Positions 57,095 to 64,000 of a stretch of DNA of 64,000 nucleotides are shown here, piece by piece. Numbering within the stretch: the stretch's first letter is position 1; each line of letters begins with the position of its first letter. The notes under the pieces were generated by a model. That model did no database searches. It saw only the letters and a list, made by a program, of their open reading frames with translations, and was not told the origin of the DNA. A program made the position numbers and the translations under genes. Origin of the DNA: Candidatus Tectimicrobiota bacterium (GTDB taxonomy: Bacteria > JACPUC01); the NCBI GenBank assembly GCA_016192455.1, contig JACPUC010000028.1, forward strand, positions 1 through 64,000. Reading direction: 5' to 3'.

Positions 57095-57591
57095 TCCGGG
57101 AACTCCTCGGGGATGTTATGGCGATGCAGCCCGCGTTTATCGGCTTCGTCTCTCCAGGCCTGGGCATCCCAGCCGTCTGGAACCTCTTTCGGCGATGAGA
57201 TTTCGAGGACGTTCCCGTCGGGGTCCTCGAAGTAGGTGATCGTGGTCAGGTCCTCGATGTGCAGGTGAGGCCCCTTGAGCACCTTCACCCCCTTCTCGCG
57301 CAGCCATTCCGTCGCCTTCTCCACCGCCTCGGCGCTCTCCAGCTCAAACGCCACATGATTCAGGCCCGGCCGCTGGCGGTGGTTGTCCGCTTTCTCCCCC
57401 GGCACCTGGTAGAGCGCAATGTTGTGGAAGAAGAGCTCCGCCTTGCCATGCTGACCCCAGTTCATCCAGACGACGCGGCCGGGCACCCGCCCCGCCGGCT
57501 TCAGACCGAGGATGTCGCGGTAGAACTTCTCGGAGCGCTCCAGGTCCGTCACATTGATGTTGACGTGAGCCAGCCCGAGAGGCTTGATCAT
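57091..57591 (-). CDS. VOC/glyoxalase family protein
   Basis: LAHVNINVTDLERSEKFY..ILGL, LNHVAF, YFEDPDGNVLEI. Confidence 0.9.
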   Translation of the reverse strand: MIKPLGLAHVNINVTDLERSEKFYRDILGLKPAGRVPGRVVWMNWGQHGKAELFFHNIALYQVPGEKADNHRQRPGLNHVAFELESAEAVEKATEWLREKGVKVLKGPHLHIEDLTTITYFEDPDGNVLEISSPKEVPDGWDAQAWRDEADKRGLHRHNIPEEFPD

Positions 57592-57788
57592 CGGTTCACC
57601 TCCACTCGCCGGCGCCTGCATCCCTGGTCCCCAGCCGCAACGACGGGCTCTCCCGCCCCACCTCGCGCGCCGAAAAAGACCGGTCCAGGCGACCTGCCGG
57701 CATTGTCTTCAGTAGATGATGGTCGTGGAAACGATAGGCAATGGCGTCCCCGGCGTCAAGCCGCGGCGCGGGCCGCGCAGATGCGCCT

Positions 57789-58601
57789 TCAGGCCATGGG
57801 ATGGCGGCGCATGAAATCGAGGGTCACGCGGTTGAACTCGTCCGCCTGCTCCATGAGCGCCAGATGCCCGCCTTGCGGGAAGAGGTGGAACTCGGACCCC
57901 GGAATCAGCTCATGGACCCGCCGCGAATAGCTCGGCAGGGTGATCTGGTCCTCGGAGCCGACGGTCACCAACGTCGGGCAGGCAATCCGCCGCAGGCGAT
58001 CGGCGGTGTCATGCAGGAGGTCCGCCTCGTACTGCCGGATGACCGGCGTGAGCGGCTGCGTCTCGAGCCGCTGGCGCGACCTCGCGATGGCCAGCTCCAC
58101 CAGCTCCGGGTGGGCGTTCTGGAAGCTGGCGGAGAAGAGCCAGGTGGCGCTGTTGAGGGCCATGAGGTCGCGATCTCCGATCTCCAGGAGGCGCCTTCGC
58201 ACCTGCATCTGAAAGCGCAGGTGCGGCAGGCGCGGACCGTCGGCATAGGTGCTGTGCAGGGCCAGGGTGTGCACCATCGCCGGCTCGTTCAGCGCCAGCT
58301 CCTGGCCGATGAGCGAGCCGAGGGAGAGGCCGCCGATGTGGGCGCGCTCGATGCCGACGGCGCGCATGAGGGCCGCCGTGTCCTCCGCCATGAGCCGCAC
58401 GGTGTACGGCGTCTCCGGCGCGTCTGACAAGCCGATGCCGCGGTGATCGAAGATGAGGCAGCGGTGCTCTTTCGTGTAGTCGCGAAGCTGCAATGCCCAG
58501 AGCGTGTGGTCGCAGCCTGTTCCCATGATGAGGACGAGGGGCTCGCCTTCGCCGTGCAGCTCGTAGTACATGCGGATGCCATTCGCCTCGGCGTGCGGCA
58601 T
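57789..58601 (-). CDS. Alpha/beta hydrolase
   Basis: FDHRGIGLS, GLSLG nucleophile elbow, GSEDQ, GGH. Confidence 0.9.
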   Translation of the reverse strand: MPHAEANGIRMYYELHGEGEPLVLIMGTGCDHTLWALQLRDYTKEHRCLIFDHRGIGLSDAPETPYTVRLMAEDTAALMRAVGIERAHIGGLSLGSLIGQELALNEPAMVHTLALHSTYADGPRLPHLRFQMQVRRRLLEIGDRDLMALNSATWLFSASFQNAHPELVELAIARSRQRLETQPLTPVIRQYEADLLHDTADRLRRIACPTLVTVGSEDQITLPSYSRRVHELIPGSEFHLFPQGGHLALMEQADEFNRVTLDFMRRHPMA

Positions 58602-58816
58602 ACGTTCCTCCCGGCCCGTTCGCGGCCCAGCCGCCTCCACCACCGTCGCCACGCCGGCGGCGAAGCCCGGCGCCCACCTCCGTGACAGCTCTGCGTCTTA
58701 TACCGTCCCGCGCCGGGCTCGGTCAAGGAAGGCCATCCGGCCGAGGTCGGTCCGGCCCGGCGCCGTAGCCGCGTTCCCCGAACAATCCCGCGTGCCGCCT
58801 CGCCATCGCGGCTGCC

Positions 58817-58845
58817 TTGACATGCAGAGCACGGCCATGAATACT
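58817..58845 (+). promoter_or_regulatory. Putative sigma70 promoter
   Basis: TTGACA-17 nt-AATACT. Confidence 0.4.
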
Positions 58846-58909
58846 TGCCCGCAGTGGTGCCGCCTCGCCCCCCCTGGCGGGTTGTCAAGTTTGCAGAAGG
58901 AGAGCCCCC

Positions 58910-61216
58910 ATGGCGTCGTACTCGGTGGTTGGCCAGCGCCAGCCCTGGAAGAACGCCCAGAGCCGCGCGCTGGGGATCGAACGCTATGCGGCGGACCTCA
59001 AGCTGGCGGGAATGCTGCATGCCAAGCTGCTGCGCAGCCCCGTGCCGCACGCCGCCATCCGCGCCATCGACACCAGCCGGGCAAAGCGCCTGCCGGGGGT
59101 GCGGGCGGTGCTCTGCGCCGGGGATATTCCGCGCGTCCTCTTCGGGCACTACGGCAACATCATCCAGGATCAGCCGCTCCTGGCCTACGACCGCGTCCGC
59201 TTCATCGGCGAGCCGGTGGCTGCCGTGGCGGCCATCGATGCCGACATCGCCGAGGAGGCCTGCGACCTCATCGACGTTGAGTACGACGAGTTGCCCGCCC
59301 TCTTCGACCCCATCGCCGCCATGCAGCCCGGCGCCTTGCTCATCCATGAGCACGCGGAGCAGTACGCTATTTTCCGGCCGCTCATCCGGCAGGGGAATGT
59401 CTGTTCCACCACGATCATCACGCATGGTGACGTCGAGCAAGGCTTCGCCGCCGCCGAGCACCTCTTCGAGCAGACGTACGAGACGCAGATGGCGCATCAG
59501 ACCTATGTCGAGCCCCGCGCCCAGCTCGCGGCGGTCGAGCCCGATGGGCGCGTCACGGTCTGGACCTCCACGCAGGCCGCCTTCGTCGTGCGCGCCGAGC
59601 TGGCGCACGTGCTGCAGCTTCCCGTGTCACGCATCCGCGTCATCGCCACCAGCGTCGGCGGCAGCTTCGGCGCCAAGGGGAAGATGGACTGGGAGCCTTA
59701 CTGCGTCCTCTTGTCGCAGGCCGCCGGCGCGCCGGTGCGCTTCGTCATGACGCGCGAGGAAGAGCTGAGCACCGCCACACCCCGGCACCCCTGCACCATC
59801 ACGATCAAGTCGGGCGTGAAGCGCGACGGCACCATCATCGCGCGCGCGGTGAAGCTCGTCTACGATACCGGCGCCTATGCCAGCTTCGGTCCGGTGGTGG
59901 CCTCGGAGGGCGCCCAGCAGGCGCGCGGTCCCTACCGCATCCCGAACCTGCACCTGGAGTCCCACGCTGTCTACACGAACAAGGTGAGCGCCGCCTGCAT
60001 GCGCTGCCACGGCACGCCGCAGCCGACCTTCGCCTTCGAGTCGCATATGGACAGCATTGCGGCCGAGCTCGGCATCGATCCTTTGGAGTTCCGCCTTCGC
60101 CACGCCGTGCAGGATGGCGACCTCCACACCACCGGCTTGCGGTACAAGGACATCGGCCTCATCGACACCCTGCACCAGCTTGAGGCGCACCACGACCCCG
60201 GCCGCCTGAGCCTGCCTCCAGGCCGCGGACGCGGCGTGGCGAGCGGCCAGTGGATGAGCGGCGGGCGGGCCTCCAGCGCCTTCGTGAAGCTCATCGAGGA
60301 CGGCACCGTGCAGGTGCAGACCGGCGCGGTGGACGTGACCGGAGCAAATATCGTCATCGCCCAGGTGGCGGCGGAGGAGCTCGGCCTGCCCGTCGAGTCC
60401 GTCAACACCACCGCGGTGGACACCGAATTAAGCCCCTTCGACGCCGGCAGCTCCGGCAGCCGCATCGCCTACTGCATGGGGCATGCGGTCCGCGAAGCCG
60501 CGCAGGACGCGCGCCGGCAGGTCCTCGCCGTCGCCGCCAAACGGTTCGGCGTGGCGCCGCAGGAGCTGGTGCTACGTGACGGCGCCGTGCGGGTGGCGGC
60601 TGATCCGACGCGGCGGCTGCCGCTCGACGAGCTGGCGCGCTACAGCATGGTGGTCGGAGGCGGGCCCATCATCGGGCGCGGCTCCTTCGTCGGCCCGCCG
60701 TCGGAGTTCGATGCCAACCTGGTGCAGGGCCTCTGCTACAGCTCCGCGCAGGACTTCGCTTACGTCAGCCAGCTCGCCGAGGTGACGGTGGATCGGGAGA
60801 CCGGGCAGGTGCGCGTGGAGAAGATCGTCTCCACCCACGACATCGGCTTCGCCATCAACCCCATGAGCGTCGAGGGGCAGATCGAGGGGGGAGTGGCGCA
60901 GGGACTCGGCTACGCGCTGATGGAGGAGGTGCGCCTGCAGGAGGGCAGAGTGGTCTATCCGAGCCTGCTCGAGTACCGCCCCCCGACGGCCATGGATGTG
61001 CCGAAGATCGTCCCCGTGCTCGTCGAATCGCATCCCAGCAAGGGACCGTACGGGGCCAAGGGCATCGGCGAGCCGCCCATCATCCCCACCAGCGCCGCCA
61101 TCGCCAACGCCATTCGCCACGCCACCGGCGTGCGGGTGACCGCGCTGCCGATGACCCCGGAGCGCGTCTGGCGGGCGTTGCAAGCGGCGTCGCCAGCCGC
61201 TTGGAGGGCAGGCTAG
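58910..61216 (+). CDS. Xanthine dehydrogenase-family molybdopterin-binding large subunit
   Basis: LRSPVPHA, VGGSFGAK, loop ACMRCHGTPQ, GQIEGG, GAKGIGE. Confidence 0.92.
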   Translation: MASYSVVGQRQPWKNAQSRALGIERYAADLKLAGMLHAKLLRSPVPHAAIRAIDTSRAKRLPGVRAVLCAGDIPRVLFGHYGNIIQDQPLLAYDRVRFIGEPVAAVAAIDADIAEEACDLIDVEYDELPALFDPIAAMQPGALLIHEHAEQYAIFRPLIRQGNVCSTTIITHGDVEQGFAAAEHLFEQTYETQMAHQTYVEPRAQLAAVEPDGRVTVWTSTQAAFVVRAELAHVLQLPVSRIRVIATSVGGSFGAKGKMDWEPYCVLLSQAAGAPVRFVMTREEELSTATPRHPCTITIKSGVKRDGTIIARAVKLVYDTGAYASFGPVVASEGAQQARGPYRIPNLHLESHAVYTNKVSAACMRCHGTPQPTFAFESHMDSIAAELGIDPLEFRLRHAVQDGDLHTTGLRYKDIGLIDTLHQLEAHHDPGRLSLPPGRGRGVASGQWMSGGRASSAFVKLIEDGTVQVQTGAVDVTGANIVIAQVAAEELGLPVESVNTTAVDTELSPFDAGSSGSRIAYCMGHAVREAAQDARRQVLAVAAKRFGVAPQELVLRDGAVRVAADPTRRLPLDELARYSMVVGGGPIIGRGSFVGPPSEFDANLVQGLCYSSAQDFAYVSQLAEVTVDRETGQVRVEKIVSTHDIGFAINPMSVEGQIEGGVAQGLGYALMEEVRLQEGRVVYPSLLEYRPPTAMDVPKIVPVLVESHPSKGPYGAKGIGEPPIIPTSAAIANAIRHATGVRVTALPMTPERVWRALQAASPAAWRAG

Positions 61217-61398
61217 GCGGGCATAGGAGGAAGCCGCAAGCTCACGCCGTTAGCCCTCGGCGAAAGAGCACCTCCGTGGCAGCCGGGAATGCCGAACCTC
61301 TCCACCGGCCTGCCGGGAGCCGGTGCCGCTTGGCGCGCTACGCGGCCGACGGCAACCTCGCCCGGCGGCTCTGAAGCCACTCGCTACAGCGTATCTCC

Positions 61399-61426
61399 GT
61401 AGGGGCGGTTCGCGAACCGCCCCTAC
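61399..61426. repeat. GTAG-type REP-like perfect 28-nt palindrome
   Basis: GTAGGGGCGGTTCGCGAACCGCCCCTAC equals its own reverse complement. Confidence 0.85.
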
Positions 61427-61564
61427 CATCTCCGCGGCGCCCGGCAGGTCCGCCCGCGGGCCCGAAATACCGTGCCTCATGGAAGCGCGCCGATCGAAAC
61501 CCCTCACCAGCCCTCCTCAGCCGTACCAAGATATCCAGCCAAACCTCGATGACAGGACCGCACC

Positions 61565-61756
61565 ATGACCTCCAAACCGCTCAACAGCCTCTTGGACATC
61601 GAGCCCCTGCTGCAGCGGCAGCTCCGCGATCCCGGCGGAGAGATCATCGAGATCCACTGGCAGAACGGCCCCCTGGTCGCCAGGCTGAAGGTCATGGAAA
61701 CCAGGCAGGGAGACCCCGGCCTCAAGTATGCCATGCTAATTGACGATCAGATGTAA
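61565..61756 (+). CDS. Small hypothetical protein (63 aa)
   Basis: AGGA RBS, coding-like codon usage, fills an intergenic gap. Confidence 0.5.
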   Translation: MTSKPLNSLLDIEPLLQRQLRDPGGEIIEIHWQNGPLVARLKVMETRQGDPGLKYAMLIDDQM

Positions 61757-61887
61757 GAGGGTATCCTTCCGCCCCAAGCTCCTCTGCTGAAAAGCGCCTT
61801 CGGGGGATGTCCGCGGCGGTCTTCCCGGTCGCTGCCCGTGCGTCCCTTGGCGCGGCAGGAGTCCGTGGGTGTCGGGCACACGCGGGG

Positions 61888-63345
61888 CTACCCCCCCGTC
61901 GGCGGATGCAGCAGGGCGGGGCCGGGGCGCAACCGCACCAGGCATTCGACGTGGTAGGTCTGCGGGAAGAGATCGAGGGGCTGGACCTCGATGACCTCGT
62001 AGCCGAGGGCCGCGAGGGCCTTCAGATCACGCGCCAGGGTCGGCGGGCTGCAGGAGACGTAGAGCAGCTCGCGGGCGGGAAAGCGGGGCAGCAGCTCAAT
62101 GACCTTCGGGTGGCAGCCGCTGCGCGGCGGATCGAGCACGACGAGCGACGCTTTCAGCCCCTCGGCCCAGAGCTTGCGCAGCATCTTCTCCGCCAGGCCG
62201 CTGCGGAAGCTACAGTTCAGCAGGCCGTTGCGGCGGGCGTTCATCTGCCCGTCGAGAATGGCGGAGTAGGCGCTTTCGACCCCCAGCACCGCGGCGCAGC
62301 GTTGCGCCAGCGGCAGCGACAGGCCGCCGCAGCCGGCGTAGAGGTCGAGAATCAGATCGTCCGGGCGCGGGTTCAGCCACTGCACCACCAGGTCCATGAG
62401 CAGGCCGGCCTGGCGGGTATTGGTCTGGAAGAAGGTCTCGGGCAGGAGCTCGTAGCTCAGCCCGCGAACACTCTCGCGCATGGTCTGCGGGCCGTGGATG
62501 TGGTGCGAGTCGCGGCCGAAGTGCTCGTCCCACGGGCGGCGCATGACGTTGAACCAAATCGAGGCGCCCTCCGGCAGCGCCGCGATGAGCGGCTGCCAGC
62601 GCTGCCGCTGCTCCGCCGCGGCGAGTTCCGGCACGGCCACCCCGAGCATCGCCATGGGGTGCCCCGTGCCGACGCCGAGGCGCAGCATAAGGTGGCCGAA
62701 CGACTCGTGCGGCGGCGTGTCCGGGCCGTCGCCGAGCATCCGCGTCAGCGCCGCGTTGAGGGCGGGGATCAGGGCGTTCGCGCGCGCATCAAGAATGGCG
62801 CAGGCGTCGATGGCGATTTGCTGGCGGTTCGTCTGGTAGGGAGCCTTGCCGCGCCCGCCGCGAGCGACAGCGCCGCCGCCGGCGCTTCGCCCCACCAGGG
62901 AGAGCGACACCGCGCCGGCCCGCCGCATGAGGTGGAAGACCATCTTATTGCGGTACCCAAGCGTTTCTTGGGCGCCGATGATCGGGCGCAGGGGAAGGTT
63001 CTCCAGCCCGCCGATCTTCTCCAGGGCCTCGGCAACCTCGGCCTGCTTGTTGGCAAGCTGGGCCGCGTAGGAGAGGTGCTGGAGCTGGCAGCCGCCGCAG
63101 CGGGCGTAGTACGGGCAGGGAGGCTCGACGCGATCAGGCGCCGCCTCCAGGACCTCCTCCAGCTCGGCGGTGGCGTACTGCCGCTTGCGCCTCAGCACGC
63201 GCGCCCTGACGCGCTCGCCCGGAACAGAGCGGGGAACGAAGACGACGAAGCCGTCGTGGCGCCCTACCCCCTCGCCTCCGTAAGAGAGGCGCTCGATCCG
63301 TAGGTCGAGGAGCTGATCTTGCTGCACCGCGGGCATCCTGGTCAT
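61888..63345 (-). CDS. rlmD: 23S rRNA (uracil-C5)-methyltransferase RlmD-like
   Basis: TRAM domain, CPYYARCGGCQLQH, FFQTN, DLYAGCG, LDPPRSG, YVSC, DLFPQTYHVE. Confidence 0.92.
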   Translation of the reverse strand: MTRMPAVQQDQLLDLRIERLSYGGEGVGRHDGFVVFVPRSVPGERVRARVLRRKRQYATAELEEVLEAAPDRVEPPCPYYARCGGCQLQHLSYAAQLANKQAEVAEALEKIGGLENLPLRPIIGAQETLGYRNKMVFHLMRRAGAVSLSLVGRSAGGGAVARGGRGKAPYQTNRQQIAIDACAILDARANALIPALNAALTRMLGDGPDTPPHESFGHLMLRLGVGTGHPMAMLGVAVPELAAAEQRQRWQPLIAALPEGASIWFNVMRRPWDEHFGRDSHHIHGPQTMRESVRGLSYELLPETFFQTNTRQAGLLMDLVVQWLNPRPDDLILDLYAGCGGLSLPLAQRCAAVLGVESAYSAILDGQMNARRNGLLNCSFRSGLAEKMLRKLWAEGLKASLVVLDPPRSGCHPKVIELLPRFPARELLYVSCSPPTLARDLKALAALGYEVIEVQPLDLFPQTYHVECLVRLRPGPALLHPPTGG

Positions 63346-63678
63346 CGCGGCCTCTTCGAGCTTCTCTCCAGATCTTCCGCGGCGGGGAGGCGATTTCCTG
63401 CACGCCTACTGTGTCGTAAGAGGAGCAGCTCGCCTCGCAAGGGGACGGCCGACGCCCCCCTCGCGGCAGCGATGCCGGCTCGGATCAAGGGGAACGGCAG
63501 GAGGAGCCGCGACGCCCACCCCGCACGCAGCGGGGCGACCGCAACGGCGCGACGCGAGGCGATGGAGCGTCTTCCCGGCGCGCTCCCCCGCCCTTTTCTA
63601 AGCATTGCAGCGGACGAGGCGCACGGCGACAGCGGGCTGAGGCAAAAGAGGTGAAGAACGGACGACGGCGGATCGTTC

Positions 63679-64000
63679 TCAACTATAGGTTGAGATCACC
63701 TTGTACTGCTTCCTCTTCAGGGCGTCCACGATCGTGGCGAGGTTCTTTCCCTTAATGCGGAAATAGTAGATGCGCCGCTCGAGATCCTCGTCCGGAGACA
63801 TGCCGACGCTCAAGACCTCACTCCCCTCCTGAGAGATCGTCGCGGAGACATCCTCGAAGGCGCCCTTGCGGTTGCCGAGAATGAGGTCAATCCGCTCGCT
63901 GCCGCTGATGATGCGCATCATCTCGATGAAGACGTCGAGGATATCAGACTCGGTGATGATGCCGACAAGCTCGTCGTGCTCGACCACCGGCAGGCAACCG
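63679..64000 (-). CDS. CBS + ACT domain protein (AcuB-like), 5' end outside the window
   Basis: GCLPVVEHDELVGIITESDIL (CBS) followed by an ACT-like segment. Confidence 0.8.
   Translation of the reverse strand, partial: GCLPVVEHDELVGIITESDILDVFIEMMRIISGSERIDLILGNRKGAFEDVSATISQEGSEVLSVGMSPDEDLERRIYYFRIKGKNLATIVDALKRKQYKVISTYS

Noticed and set aside
59996-60010. Heme c attachment site CMRCH in the Mo-hydroxylase
   Set aside because: The protein has no export signal and the motif lies in the Moco active-site loop; treated as a loop variant instead
61217-61398. Cobalamin riboswitch (GGGAA...GCCACT fragments)
   Set aside because: Lacks the rest of the B12-box and lies downstream of a gene, with no B12-related target

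Overview
GC-rich bacterial chromosome segment from a Gram-negative organism (lpt genes present; the taxon cannot be fixed from sequence alone). Two conserved core blocks are present: rplU-rpmA-obgE-proB, and tsaE-lptCAB-rpoN-ptsN-hprK-EIIA-ptsH-ptsI-metK-ahcY-amidase-der-fusA2-ihfA-merR. They are interleaved with accessory catabolic and redox genes: three UbiD-family (de)carboxylases, an hcrCAB-like 4-hydroxybenzoyl-CoA reductase, two orphan Mo-hydroxylase large subunits, a reductive-dehalogenase-like Fe-S protein, a tandem nitrilase, a pentaheme cytochrome, a KimA-like transporter and three orphan ABC substrate-binding proteins. I saw no rRNA, tRNA or CRISPR array. Main observations: (1) a PrdB/GrdB-like selenoprotein that the ORF caller split at an in-frame UGA (UxxC), with a SECIS-like hairpin; (2) a divergent CopD-like membrane protein plus a monoheme cytochrome c carrying NPCAAK repeats; (3) LptB with a 107-aa C-terminal extra domain; (4) a sigma54 box overlapping a sigma70-type promoter of the lptC...rpoN cluster; (5) candidate structured RNAs upstream of fusA2 and of an ABC substrate-binding gene; (6) a Mo-hydroxylase with an unusual CMRCHG active-site loop; (7) several dispersed palindromic repeat families and an IS3 left-end remnant. 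All calls come from motif recognition by eye; no database searches were run.
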